NCBI RefSeq assembly: GCF_013004595.1
Contig: NZ_JABEMC010000001.1
Span: forward strand, 248,001 to 312,000
Direction of reading: 5' to 3'
Length of the DNA stretch: 64,000 bases
Source: Brevibacterium luteolum
GTDB taxonomy: Bacteria; Actinomycetota; Actinomycetes; Actinomycetales; Brevibacteriaceae
Shown here: piece by piece, positions 21,990 to 34,481 of the stretch
Layout of the letters: each line of letters starts with the position of its first letter
How positions within the stretch are numbered: the stretch's first letter is position 1
Program-made: the position numbers and the translations under genes
The notes under the pieces: generated by a model
Told to the model about the DNA's origin: nothing
What the model saw: only the letters and a program-made list of their open reading frames with translations
Database searches by the model: none

Positions 21990-22885
21990 ACCACGAGGAC
22001 CAGACCCGGCTGGGCATCGGCATCGTCGGCTGCGGACGAGTCGGAGCCGTCATGGGCAATGCGCTGCGCGCAGCCGGACACGCGATCATCGGCACGACCG
22101 CCTCCTCCCAGGCCTCCCGCGACCGCGCCGAGGCGATGCTGCCCGAGGTGCCGATCCTCGAGATCGAGACCCTTGTCGAACGCGCCGAACTCGTCCTGTT
22201 CACCGTCAGCGACGATGTGCTGGCCGAACTCGTGGCCGGGCTGGCGAAGCTCGGCTGCTTCAAACCCGGCCAGATCGTCATGCACTGCGCGGGCATGTAC
22301 GGCACCGAGGTGCTCGGCCCCGCCGCCGCATCCGGAGCCTTCACCATCGCCCTGCACCCCTCCCTGTCGTTCACCGGCACCTCCGTCGACCTGCCGCGCC
22401 TGCGGGAGGCGACGATCGCAGTGACCGCGGCCAAGCCGGTGCTGCCGATCGGACAGGCGCTCGTCGTCGAGATCGGCGCTGAGCCGATCATCGTCGCCGA
22501 AGCCGACCGGGCGCTCTACCACGCGGCCATCGCCCATGCCGCCAACCACACCGTCGCCACCCTCAGCCAGTCACTCGACGTGCTCACCAGCCTCGGCATC
22601 GACGACCCCGCCCGGGTGCTGCGCTCACTCGTCGAAGCGAGCGTGTCCAACACCCTGCAGGCCGGGCCCTCGGCACTGACCGGGCCGGTCAGCCGCGGCG
22701 ACACCGGCACGGTGGCCGCCCACCTCGACGCCCTGGCTGAGTACAGTGTCGCCGCAGGCTCCCTCGACGTCGCTGACGCCTACACCGCGATGGCCAAGGC
22801 CACGATCGCCCGGGCGCTGACCAACGGAACCATCACCACCGAGCAGGCCCGGGCCATGCACGAGCTGCTGACCGAACGCGACTGA
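21986..22885 (+). CDS. Rossmann-like/DUF2520 protein (PanG-like ketopantoate reductase candidate)
   Basis: GIVGCGRVG, V.DD, HCAG, LHP, YHAA...AANH, LTGPVSRGD. Confidence 0.88.
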   Translation: MNHEDQTRLGIGIVGCGRVGAVMGNALRAAGHAIIGTTASSQASRDRAEAMLPEVPILEIETLVERAELVLFTVSDDVLAELVAGLAKLGCFKPGQIVMHCAGMYGTEVLGPAAASGAFTIALHPSLSFTGTSVDLPRLREATIAVTAAKPVLPIGQALVVEIGAEPIIVAEADRALYHAAIAHAANHTVATLSQSLDVLTSLGIDDPARVLRSLVEASVSNTLQAGPSALTGPVSRGDTGTVAAHLDALAEYSVAAGSLDVADAYTAMAKATIARALTNGTITTEQARAMHELLTERD

Positions 22886-22982
22886 CCTCCCGAACGTGAC
22901 CCACGCCTCGGGCGCGGGCCCCGCAGCGGCAGGCGAACCTGTGGATTCGTTGACAGGCGGGCGCACTTAGTACCCTGGAGGC

Positions 22983-24515
22983 ATGCCAGAGAACGTCACG
23001 GCACCGGCTGGTGCGCCCGAAGAGATCCCAGAACATCTCGACCCCGAACAGCAGCGCATCCGCAAGGCCAAGCGCGCCCGGCTGCTCGAGTCCGGTCAGC
23101 AGGCGTACCCGGTCACCGTCAACCGCACCCACACGCTCGCTGAGGTGCGCGCTGCCCATCCGAATCTCGAACCCGGTGAGGAGACCGAGGACGTCGTCGG
23201 CGTGGCCGGCCGCGCCGTGTTCGTGCGCAACACCGGCAAGCTGTGCTTCGTCACGCTGCAGTCCGGCGACGGCACCCGCCTGCAGGGGATGCTCTCGCAG
23301 AAGGTCGTCGGCGCCGAACGGCTCGAAGACTGGAAGTCCGACGTCGATCTGGGCGACCACGTGTTCCTGCACGGCAACGTCATCAAGTCCAAGCGCGGCG
23401 AGCTCTCCGTCATGGTCGACGAGTGGGCGATCGCAGCCAAGGCGCTGCGCCCGCTGCCGGCCCTGCACACCGAGCTGACCGACGAGACCCGGATCCGCCA
23501 GCGCTACCTCGACCTCATCACCCGCGAGCAGGCGCGCTCGACCGTGCAGACCCGGGCGAAGATCGTCAAGTCGCTGCGCTCAACCTTCGACGACGCCGGC
23601 TTCACCGAGGTCGAGACGCCGATGCTGCAGACCCTGCACGGCGGTGCCGCCGCCCGGCCGTTCCGCACGCACATGAACGCCTACGACATCGACCTGTTCC
23701 TGCGCATCGCCCCGGAGCTGTACCTCAAGCGCGCCGTTGTCGGCGGACTGGAGAACGTCTTCGAGATCAACCGCAATTTCCGGAATGAGGGTGCTGATTC
23801 CACGCATTCCCCGGAATTCGCAATGCTGGAGGCATATCAGGCATACGGCGATTACCATTCGATCGCCAAGCTCACCCAGGAGCTCATTCAGAATGCCGCC
23901 AAGGATGCGGTGGGATCGCTCACCGTCACCTTGTCCGACGGCACCGAATACGACTTCGGCGGTGACTGGGCTGTCGTGAGCATGTACGAATCGCTGTCCG
24001 AGGAAGCCGGGCGCGACGTGACCCCGGACACAAGCATTGAAGAGCTCTCCGCCATTGCCGATGAGCACAATGTCGATCTCGAAGGAGTATTCCGCTCACA
24101 CGGCAAATACGTCGAAGAGCTGTGGGAGCACTTCTATTCCGACCGTCTGTGGGCACCGACATTCGTCGTCGATTTCCCCGTCGACACCTCACCGCTGGTC
24201 CGCGCCCACCGGGACAAGCCCGGCGTGGTGGAGAAATGGGATCTCTATGTGCGCGGCTTCGAACTGGCCACCGGCTATTCCGAGCTCGTCGACCCGGTCG
24301 TGCAGCGCGAGCGCTTCGAAGCCCAGGCCAAGGATGCTGCCCGCGGTGACGACGAGGCGATGCGCCTGGACGAGGACTTCCTCATGGCCATGGAATACGG
24401 CATGCCGCCCAGCGGCGGAATGGGCATGGGAATCGACCGGCTCATCATGGCGCTCACCGGCCTGGGAATCCGCGAGACCATTCTCTTCCCATTCATCAAG
24501 CCGATTGAGAATTGA
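22983..24515 (+). CDS. lysS: Lysine--tRNA ligase (class II)
   Basis: [47 protein letters not shown]. Confidence 0.98.
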   Translation: MPENVTAPAGAPEEIPEHLDPEQQRIRKAKRARLLESGQQAYPVTVNRTHTLAEVRAAHPNLEPGEETEDVVGVAGRAVFVRNTGKLCFVTLQSGDGTRLQGMLSQKVVGAERLEDWKSDVDLGDHVFLHGNVIKSKRGELSVMVDEWAIAAKALRPLPALHTELTDETRIRQRYLDLITREQARSTVQTRAKIVKSLRSTFDDAGFTEVETPMLQTLHGGAAARPFRTHMNAYDIDLFLRIAPELYLKRAVVGGLENVFEINRNFRNEGADSTHSPEFAMLEAYQAYGDYHSIAKLTQELIQNAAKDAVGSLTVTLSDGTEYDFGGDWAVVSMYESLSEEAGRDVTPDTSIEELSAIADEHNVDLEGVFRSHGKYVEELWEHFYSDRLWAPTFVVDFPVDTSPLVRAHRDKPGVVEKWDLYVRGFELATGYSELVDPVVQRERFEAQAKDAARGDDEAMRLDEDFLMAMEYGMPPSGGMGMGIDRLIMALTGLGIRETILFPFIKPIEN

Positions 24516-24647
24516 GCGCAGTCGGGCAGATGAAAGACCAATGCACATTGAGTCAGGCGACCGGGAGCTGAACGATATTCGTGTGATTCACACCCAGACA
24601 ATGTCGATAAAGATATGCAAAAGGGCCGTCAAGGGTTAGGATCAGTT

Positions 24648-24908
24648 GTGGAATACATCAAAGTCCTTCTGCCATCGCTGTGTGTGGCGCTGCTGTTCTG
24701 GTACGTTATTCGTGCCATCATCCGCGCCGACAGCATCGAACGGCGGGAAATGGATCGGTATTACGCCGATCTAGAAGATTCGGAGAAACAGGGCGAGAAC
24801 CGCCCGGGCGATTCCGCTGCTGCAGCGCCGAACACGGTGACAGAAACAGAACCTGAACCTGAATCCGGCTCCGTGACCCGGGATGCAGAGGACACCTCGC
24901 CTCATTGA
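24648..24908 (+). CDS. Small membrane protein (one TM plus acidic tail)
   Basis: GTG shortly after a TAGGAT -10; LLPS....LFWYVIRAIIRAD..ER pattern resembles small actinobacterial proteins I recall downstream of lysS. Confidence 0.7.
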   Translation: MEYIKVLLPSLCVALLFWYVIRAIIRADSIERREMDRYYADLEDSEKQGENRPGDSAAAAPNTVTETEPEPESGSVTRDAEDTSPH

Positions 24909-24930
24909 TCAGCATCGACGAAAGGCTCTT

Positions 24931-25272
24931 ATGGCACGCGAAATGAAGCTTGTGCTCACCGACGACTTCGACGGCACGGACGCAGCCGAGACGGTGTCGT
25001 TCTCCATCGACCAGGGACACTACGAGATCGAGCTCTCGAGCGAGAACGCAGCCAAGCTGCGTGAAGCCCTCGCCCCGTTCATCGAGCGCGCCCGCCGGGT
25101 CGCCAACCCGGCACGCGGCACCCGCAGCGGCAACGGACGCAGCCGCCGCTCGGCAGGCTCGCGCTCGGACACCGCCCAGATCCGCAAGTGGGCCCAGGAC
25201 AAGGGCTACGAGGTCTCCGACCGCGGCCGGATTCCCAGCGAGATCATCGAGGCCTACGACAACGCCCACTGA
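24931..25272 (+). CDS. lsr2: Nucleoid-associated protein Lsr2
   Basis: L.DD.DG..A.ETV.F..D...YEI.LS..NA..LR and IR.WA...G..VSDRGRIP AT-hook. Confidence 0.96.
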   Translation: MAREMKLVLTDDFDGTDAAETVSFSIDQGHYEIELSSENAAKLREALAPFIERARRVANPARGTRSGNGRSRRSAGSRSDTAQIRKWAQDKGYEVSDRGRIPSEIIEAYDNAH

Positions 25273-25335
25273 CCCCAGGCCAGCGGCACTTTCTGTGCCG
25301 ACCTGAGCACCGCCTCGGGAACGGAGCCTGACATA

Positions 25336-25366
25336 AGCGGGCCCAGCCACTCCGGCTGGGCCCGCT
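25336..25366 (+). terminator. Hairpin after lsr2
   Basis: 13-bp perfect stem AGCGGGCCCAGCC/GGCTGGGCCCGCT with a 5-nt loop. Confidence 0.7.
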
Positions 25367-25407
25367 GCGGTGTTGTTAGGGCGGATTCCCAGCCGATCCG
25401 CACAGAA

Positions 25408-25446
25408 TTTCGCCATGAGCCGAATGGCGTTCGGCTGACGGCGAAA
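25408..25446. promoter_or_regulatory. Paired ClgR-like boxes upstream of clpC1
   Basis: TTTCGCCATGAGCCGAA and TTCGGCTGACGGCGAAA form an inverted pair; -10-like TAGAGT at 25474. Confidence 0.55.
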
Positions 25447-25508
25447 CGGCAATAAATCCGGCGCCGCCTTGGTTAGAGTCAGAGGAATCGACAGACCGAG
25501 GAGGGCAA

Positions 25509-28130
<2,622 letters not shown>

Positions 28131-28144
28131 GCCTGAGCAGTGAG

Positions 28145-28179
28145 AAGGGGCCGGTGAGGTTCATCCCCGCCGGCCCCTT
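28145..28179. terminator. Intrinsic terminator after clpC1
   Basis: AAGGGGCCGG/CCGGCCCCTT stem ending in a short T run, between convergent genes. Confidence 0.7.
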
Positions 28180-28256
28180 TCGCGTCCCCGCTCAGCTGTC
28201 GTCCGCGTTGATCCTGACGGCGGGCGATCAGTATCAGCTGTGACGGTGGCCGACGA

Positions 28257-31142
28257 TCAGTATCCGCTGCCTTCCTCGACGCTGATGACGACCTTGCCGT
28301 CGATGATCTCGGCGGTGCCGAAGACGTCGATGCTCACCGTATCGTCATAGCTCTCCGTTTCCCCGAACAGGCTGTATTTGCCGGTGATGAGCGCGGATCC
28401 GCTGGATTCTGAGGTGATGTGCCACTTCGAGGCCTCGTCCGGCTCGGAGCCGCCATAGTAGCCGTACCCGTAGCCGCCGTCGCTCAGGCTGATCTCCGGG
28501 TACTCCTCGATCGACCACTTGACGTCTGTGACCTCGGAGTAGGTTGCCGACCGGGAGCCGAACGGGCATCCGGCCGGCTCGGTCTCCGCCTTCCCAGCGC
28601 ACGAGTCCAGCAGGCTGCGCACCTGCTTGTTGACCTCATCGGTGAACGCCTGCGTCGGCGTGGCCTGCAGCACCGGCAGCTCCCCGCCGGCTTCCTCTGC
28701 GGAGGTGCCTTCGAAGAACGCCCGCGTCTGCACCTCGTCGGCCTCCAGATAGTCCGAGGAGTCGGCCAAGCTGACGGTGTAGAGCGCCGGGAAGGCCGGC
28801 AGGCTGAGCATCCCGTCGGCGGTCGGGACGGTCACGCCGTTGACGTTGACCTGGCTGAGGTTCGGGGTCTCGACGACGACCTGGCCGAGCCCCGGGGAGG
28901 CCAGCCGCCAGTCGTTGAAGAAGATTCCGCGCTTGCCGACCTTGCGCACGTCCATCGTGACGTCGCTCTTCGAACCGCCGAGGTCGAATTCGGCGGTGAC
29001 GACGGCGGTGTCGCCATCGACCTCCGTGTCGGTGATCGAGATGCTGTCCGGACGCGCGGCGGCGTTGCTGAGCACCTCGTTGGTCAGCAGTGTGCGCTCC
29101 TCGGCAGGCACGTCGACATCAGCTAGGGCCAGGGCCCCTTCGGCGTCGCCGCTGGAGAGCTTCGACAGGTAGGAGCGCACGACCCCGTCGGGGCCGTAGA
29201 GTCGTGAGTTGATCTGCCCGACAGCGATGACGCCGGCGATGAGCGCGAGGACGAGCGCTCCAGCAGTGATGCCCCAGATCTTGGCTCTGCGCCGGTCGAT
29301 CGGCTGCGGCGGGCCCATCGGCGCGGCCGCGTATCCCGGCGGTGGCGGCGGGGCGGCCTGCACCGGTCCCGAGGCGGTGTAGGGTGCCGCTGCCACAGCC
29401 GGTGCCGAGGTGGCAGGTGGGGCGCTCGGCGGAGGTGGCGTCACTGCTCCACCCGGGGCCGCTGGTCCGCTTGGGTCCGCCGGCCCGCCTGGGGGTGCGA
29501 CCGGGGTAGGAGGTGTCTTCATGTCCGGGTGGCGGAGCGCACCGCGCGGTTCACTGATGCCCAGCGGCTGGCCCCAGTATGGGTGGACGGCGCGACCGCC
29601 CAGCCAGGCGGCCAGCTGCGGCATCGTGAGCGCGATGCGGGGTGCGATCGTGATGACGAGGACCTCGATGAGCAGACCCCAGAGGGCGAAGATGAGGAAC
29701 GTCCACGGCAGCAGGCCGACACTGAGGTTCAGCATCGCCGGGATGTCGCTGCCGAGCAGGTCAGCACCCTGTCCGCTGGCCCGGCCGCTGACCTTGACTG
29801 GCAGAAGCACGAGTGAGAGCAGTCCCCACAGCAGGCCGAAGGCGACCGGCAGGTGCCAGATCGACGTCCACGGACTGGAGACGCCGGGCTGGTGGGCCCA
29901 GCTTGGCCGGCGCGTGACGGCTGCGGCGATCGCAGCGATGAAGACGGCCAGCAGCACGGCGAGCAGACCGAGCCACAGGGTTCCCGGGATCGTGTCGCTG
30001 AACATCGTGACGGCCGACGAACCGCCCTCGTGGCTGTCTCCGGCCAGTGCGCGGCCGCTGGCGGACAGGCCGCCGAAGTGGGTCAGCGCTGCCATCATGA
30101 GGGCGGCGGTGCCGGCGAGCAGCGGCACGAAGCTGCCGTGGACATCGAAGTGCAGCGGCAGGACGAAGAAGCTGACGATGAGGAAGATCGCGCCGACGAT
30201 GACGAGATGCAGCAGCGCGGTGCGCGCAGGGGCAGCGGCGTAGCGCAGCCACGGGAGGCCGGCGGCATCGCAGCCGCGGTGGTGGCCGAGGATCCGGCCG
30301 ATGGTCGTGGCGATGAGGATGAAGATGAGCGGCAGGAAGAACGTCCGCGGGGTCACGGCGGAGAATTCGAGGGAGGCTGAGAAGTAGTCCTCGGTGATGT
30401 TCGAACGCGAGGCGAAGATGAGCTGGAGCAGGAACAGCACAGTGGTCAGCGCCAGGGTCGTCAGGCCGATGCGGATCCAGAACCCCGCGACGGTGCGCGA
30501 GGGGTGGCGCCGTTCGCTGAACATCGACCACCACACCAGGGCGCTCGTGAACACGGCGGTGATGAGCAGCGGCGCGCCGGCGAAGTGCACTGCCGCTGAG
30601 GCGCTCAGCTCGTCGAAGGCCTGACCGCTGAAGCGCAGGGCGGCTGACCCGCCGAGGGCGAGGGCGAAGAGGATGAAGGGCAGCACGAAGCCGAGCGATC
30701 CGGTCGGCAGGTCCTCACCGAAGTCCGTGATGGCGTCGTTGATGGTGGAGACGACGATGACGGAGATGATGAGCGAGGCGATGAAGCCGGCTGCCAGTCC
30801 GATCGCCGCGGTCACGAGGCCCTCGCGGATCGTCGCCCCGTCGATGGGGCCCTGGCGGGCCGGGAACTGGCCGGTGGGGTAGCCGTAGGCTCCCTGCTGC
30901 GGCTGCGAGCCCGGGTAGGGCCCGGCGGGCTGGCTGTACGCCTGCTGCCCGTAGGGCTGTTGGCCGTAGACCGGCTGCGAACCGGTCATCGGCTGTCCGG
31001 AGGCAGGCTGGGAACCGGGGGCTGGCTGCGGGCCGGTGGCCGACTGCGGCGGAACGGGAGGGGGCGACGGGATGCCCTGCTGACCGGGGTTCGAGCCGGG
31101 GGTGTTCTCGGGTGGCTGTTCCGGTGGCAGCTGGTCGGTCAT
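28257..31142 (-). CDS. Large multi-pass membrane protein with Pro/Gln-rich N-terminus and acidic extracytoplasmic C-terminal domain
   Basis: 961 aa; about 11-12 TM segments, Pro-rich linker, one more TM, then an acidic beta-rich region; GGAG RBS. Confidence 0.85.
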   Translation of the reverse strand: MTDQLPPEQPPENTPGSNPGQQGIPSPPPVPPQSATGPQPAPGSQPASGQPMTGSQPVYGQQPYGQQAYSQPAGPYPGSQPQQGAYGYPTGQFPARQGPIDGATIREGLVTAAIGLAAGFIASLIISVIVVSTINDAITDFGEDLPTGSLGFVLPFILFALALGGSAALRFSGQAFDELSASAAVHFAGAPLLITAVFTSALVWWSMFSERRHPSRTVAGFWIRIGLTTLALTTVLFLLQLIFASRSNITEDYFSASLEFSAVTPRTFFLPLIFILIATTIGRILGHHRGCDAAGLPWLRYAAAPARTALLHLVIVGAIFLIVSFFVLPLHFDVHGSFVPLLAGTAALMMAALTHFGGLSASGRALAGDSHEGGSSAVTMFSDTIPGTLWLGLLAVLLAVFIAAIAAAVTRRPSWAHQPGVSSPWTSIWHLPVAFGLLWGLLSLVLLPVKVSGRASGQGADLLGSDIPAMLNLSVGLLPWTFLIFALWGLLIEVLVITIAPRIALTMPQLAAWLGGRAVHPYWGQPLGISEPRGALRHPDMKTPPTPVAPPGGPADPSGPAAPGGAVTPPPPSAPPATSAPAVAAAPYTASGPVQAAPPPPPGYAAAPMGPPQPIDRRRAKIWGITAGALVLALIAGVIAVGQINSRLYGPDGVVRSYLSKLSSGDAEGALALADVDVPAEERTLLTNEVLSNAAARPDSISITDTEVDGDTAVVTAEFDLGGSKSDVTMDVRKVGKRGIFFNDWRLASPGLGQVVVETPNLSQVNVNGVTVPTADGMLSLPAFPALYTVSLADSSDYLEADEVQTRAFFEGTSAEEAGGELPVLQATPTQAFTDEVNKQVRSLLDSCAGKAETEPAGCPFGSRSATYSEVTDVKWSIEEYPEISLSDGGYGYGYYGGSEPDEASKWHITSESSGSALITGKYSLFGETESYDDTVSIDVFGTAEIIDGKVVISVEEGSGY

Positions 31143-31365
31143 GACGGCTCCTTGGCTCAGTCGCCTTCGCCTGGGGAGGGGCGAAGCTGCTGCGACGTCG
31201 ATTCAGTTCTCGTCTCCCACTGGGCGCCGAGTGATTCGCGCGACGGTGAGCGAATCACAAGGCACCTTGGCGCCCACCATACAAGAACCTGAGCGTGCTG
31301 TGTATGGTTCATAAGAGAACAGTCAGTCCATGGGTGAGGTGCCGCCGAGGACAGGAGACAGAGCC

Positions 31366-32214
31366 ATGAGTGTTCCGCCCCAGGGAAATCCGCAGCACAA
31401 CGGCTGGAACCAGCCGCAGGGCCACTGGCCTGCGCCACAGCAGCCCCAGCAGCCGCAAGGCCACTGGCCGACGCCCCCACAACAGCCGCAACAGCAGCCT
31501 GCACAAGCACCCCAGCAGCAGCCCCACCCCCAAGCCGGCTACCCTCCCTATGTCCAGCAGCCCGGCCAGCCCTACACCGCCGGCCCGCAGCCTCCGCAGC
31601 AGCGCAAGAAGCGCGGCCCCTGGCCGATCATCCTCGGCATCCTCCTCGTCCTGGCGCTCGGTGGCGGCCTCGGCTGGGGCGCCATCCAGCTGTTCGGCAA
31701 GGACGACGAATCCGATGCCACCGCAGCCCCGAGCGCACCGCCGTCTGCCGCTCCGACCGAGGACCCAACCGGTGCGGAAACCGGCGACCAGGGTGAGGAC
31801 GCCACCGGTGATCCGACCGACGGCGCCCTGCCCGACGACCCGGCTGAGGCGCTCAAACAGCGCATCGACACCGACGCCTCGGCGGTGGCCGCCGACATCG
31901 AGGGCAGCTGGGTGCCGCAGCTGAGCTCGAAGAAGGTCGGCCTCGAAGCCGAGGGCCGCACCTGGGATGAGCAGGCGATCCTCGATGAGCACGAGCGGCT
32001 GCGAGAGGAGCACCCGCGCGTCAAGCTGCTGTGGTCGGGGGACTACGCGAGCTTCAAGAGCAAGGACTTCTACGTCACGATCGTCGGGATCACCTTCGAC
32101 GACCCCGACCAGGCGCTCGCCTGGTGCGGTTCGCACGGCCTCGATGCCGACTCCTGCTACGCGAAGAAGATCAGCACCACCGGCGGCCACGACGGCACGA
32201 CGAAGACGCGCTGA
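31366..32214 (+). CDS. Single-TM protein with Gln/Pro-rich N-terminus and disulfide-candidate C-terminal domain
   Basis: RKKR then TM; C-terminal WVPQLSSK...LLWSGDY..F...DFYVT...WC.......C.AK. Confidence 0.85.
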   Translation: MSVPPQGNPQHNGWNQPQGHWPAPQQPQQPQGHWPTPPQQPQQQPAQAPQQQPHPQAGYPPYVQQPGQPYTAGPQPPQQRKKRGPWPIILGILLVLALGGGLGWGAIQLFGKDDESDATAAPSAPPSAAPTEDPTGAETGDQGEDATGDPTDGALPDDPAEALKQRIDTDASAVAADIEGSWVPQLSSKKVGLEAEGRTWDEQAILDEHERLREEHPRVKLLWSGDYASFKSKDFYVTIVGITFDDPDQALAWCGSHGLDADSCYAKKISTTGGHDGTTKTR

Positions 32215-32759
32215 TGACCACCCGCAGCCAGGACACCGCGGCGATCGCACGCGCCACCGGCCGCAGGTGGGCCGAGATCACCGACACCTTCGCAGCTGCC
32301 GGCGGTGAGTCGCTGTCCCACCGCGAGCTCGCCGACGTCGCGGCAGGGCTCTTCACCGGCGTCGACAATCCCGACTGGTGGGCCCAGGGCGCGGCGGTGG
32401 CCTCTGAGCAGCAGATCGGCCGCCGGCTGCCCGGCCAGCGCGTCGACGGGACCTTCGAAGTCAGCGTCACGAAGACCGTGTCCGGTGATCCCGATGATGC
32501 GCTGGCGGCCTTCGAGGCGCTCATGGCCGGTCGCAGCGAGCTGGGCGGGATCCCCTTCGCCGAGGCGCCGGTGACCTCGCGGACGCAGAAGTGGCGGTAC
32601 TGGCGGGTGCCGTTGTCAGACGGCACCCGGATCGCCGTGACGATCGGCACCCGCCGGCCCGGCGCCTCGGGCGTGGCCGTGCAGGTCAGCCGGCTCACCG
32701 GCCCCGAGGCGGTCGAGACGTGGCGGGAGTGCGTGCGCAGTCTGCTGGCTGGGATGTGA
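32214..32759 (+). CDS. Hypothetical protein (DUF4287/SRPBCC-like)
   Basis: ATGR.W, WWAQG..V..EQ.IGRR.PGQ..DG.F..SV.KT pattern; TGATG coupling with the upstream gene. Confidence 0.75.
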   Translation: MTTRSQDTAAIARATGRRWAEITDTFAAAGGESLSHRELADVAAGLFTGVDNPDWWAQGAAVASEQQIGRRLPGQRVDGTFEVSVTKTVSGDPDDALAAFEALMAGRSELGGIPFAEAPVTSRTQKWRYWRVPLSDGTRIAVTIGTRRPGASGVAVQVSRLTGPEAVETWRECVRSLLAGM

Positions 32760-32795
32760 GCAGACAGCCCGCTGCGCCGGGACTACCATGACGAC

Positions 32796-33407
32796 ATGAC
32801 CGGCCACCAGCCCCACCTGCACACGGATGAGAACGAGCCCACCGCCTCGGCGCCGGTGTGGGCCGAACGCGACTTCGCCCACCGGCGGCTCCCCGGCGGG
32901 CTCATCATGCGCAGGGCGCGCACAAGCGATGTCGCTGCGATCCGCAGGCTCGTCCAGCCGCTGGTCGATGAGCGGATCCTCGTGGCCAAGGAGGCCGTCA
33001 ACTACTTCGAGGGCCTGCACGAGTTCCGGCTCGTCGCCGACCCGGACGCTCCCGGTGGGGAGCGGGTCGTCGGCTGTGCGGCGCTGCACGTGCTGTGGGA
33101 GGACCTCGCCGAGGCACGCACCGTGGCGACCGACCCGGACTACCGGGGGCGGGGGATCGGACGGATGCTCATGGAGCAGCTGCTGGCCGACGCCCAGGCG
33201 ATCGGGGTGAAGCGCGTGTTCTGCCTGACGTTCGAGACCCGGTTCTTCGCCTCGCTCGGCTTCGAGGAGATCACCGGCACCCCGGTCTCACCGGAGGTCT
33301 ACGTCGAGCTGCTGCACTCCCATGACGAGAACACCGCCGAGTTCCTCGACCTCGCCCGCGTCAAGCCGAACACCCTGGGCAACTCGCGGATGATGAAGCA
33401 CCTCTGA
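32796..33407 (+). CDS. argA: Short GNAT amino-acid N-acetyltransferase (ArgA, Rv2747-like)
   Basis: GCAALHVLWEDLAE.RT, RG.G.G, FCLTFE..FF, AEFLDLARVKPNTLGN. Confidence 0.88.
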   Translation: MTGHQPHLHTDENEPTASAPVWAERDFAHRRLPGGLIMRRARTSDVAAIRRLVQPLVDERILVAKEAVNYFEGLHEFRLVADPDAPGGERVVGCAALHVLWEDLAEARTVATDPDYRGRGIGRMLMEQLLADAQAIGVKRVFCLTFETRFFASLGFEEITGTPVSPEVYVELLHSHDENTAEFLDLARVKPNTLGNSRMMKHL

Positions 33408-33441
33408 GCCGCCGGTGCCAGGGCCCCGGGGCCCTACGGCT

Positions 33442-34443
33442 TCAGTGCGGCAGGTGCAGCCCGGCTCGGCTCTCGGCGGCCAGCCCGTCGGCGATGAGTG
33501 CGTCGATGAGCCGGCCGATCCGCTGCCCGTCGCCGAGCTCGCGCACCCGCAGGATCGCCGTCTCCACCGCCTCGTGCGTGGCGCCCTGCGCATCGAACGT
33601 GCCATCGGGCCCGCTGTCGAATTCCGTCGCCGAGGCGGTGAACAGGTCGCGGGCGACCGGCGCCTCGGCGGCCTTGAGGACGGCCATGATCGCCCCGCGC
33701 AGCTGCCGGTCCGTGCCGTGCCACGCCTGGGTTTTGGGTTTCCGGGCCGGGTCGTCGCCGGCGGGGCGGCCGGCGGCCAGCCAGTGGCACTGCTCGGCCA
33801 GCGGGCAGACCTCACACGCCGGGTTGCGGGAGGTGCACACGAGCGCGCCGAGCTCCATGACCCCGGCGTTCCATGCCACGTGGCGGGCGTCCGGTCCGTC
33901 GGCGGGCACGAACTCGGCGGCCCAGGCGGTCTCGGACTTGGTCAGCGCGCCCTTGGGGTGGGCGTGGCCGTCGAAGACGCGGGCGAGGACGCGGCGGATG
34001 TTGACGTCGAGGACGGTGGTGCGCCGCCCGCAGGCGAACGAGGCGACTGCGGCGGCGGTGTAGGCGCCGATGCCGGGGAGTGCGCGCAGCGTCTCCTCAT
34101 CACACGGCACCCGGTCGCCGTGCTCGGCGGCGATGACGGCCGCGCACTCCTTCAGGCGCAGGGCCCGGCGCGGGTAGCCGAGCGAATCCCAGGCGCGCAG
34201 CACCTCGGCGGTGGGCGCGGCAGCGAGGTCGGACGGGGCCGGCCAGCGGGCCATCCAGTCCCGCCACCGGGGCACGACGCGGGCGACCGGGGTCTGCTGG
34301 GACATGATCTCGGAGACGAGCACCGCCCACGCCGAGGTGCCCGGCGCTCGCCACGGCAGGTCGCGGGCGTGGGCGTCGAACCAGGTGAGGACCGCCTCGT
34401 GCGCGGCGGCGAGGTCGGTTTCGGCAGGTGTCCGGTGTGTCAT
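33442..34443 (-). CDS. mutY: A/G-specific adenine glycosylase
   Basis: RDLPWR, VSEIMSQQT, LGYPRRA, HhH LPGIGAYTA, CTSRNPACEVCPLAEQC Fe-S motif. Confidence 0.96.
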   Translation of the reverse strand: MTHRTPAETDLAAAHEAVLTWFDAHARDLPWRAPGTSAWAVLVSEIMSQQTPVARVVPRWRDWMARWPAPSDLAAAPTAEVLRAWDSLGYPRRALRLKECAAVIAAEHGDRVPCDEETLRALPGIGAYTAAAVASFACGRRTTVLDVNIRRVLARVFDGHAHPKGALTKSETAWAAEFVPADGPDARHVAWNAGVMELGALVCTSRNPACEVCPLAEQCHWLAAGRPAGDDPARKPKTQAWHGTDRQLRGAIMAVLKAAEAPVARDLFTASATEFDSGPDGTFDAQGATHEAVETAILRVRELGDGQRIGRLIDALIADGLAAESRAGLHLPH

Positions 34444-34481
34444 CGTCGTCGCTTACAGCTGCAGCCCGTAGGCTTCAGGTG

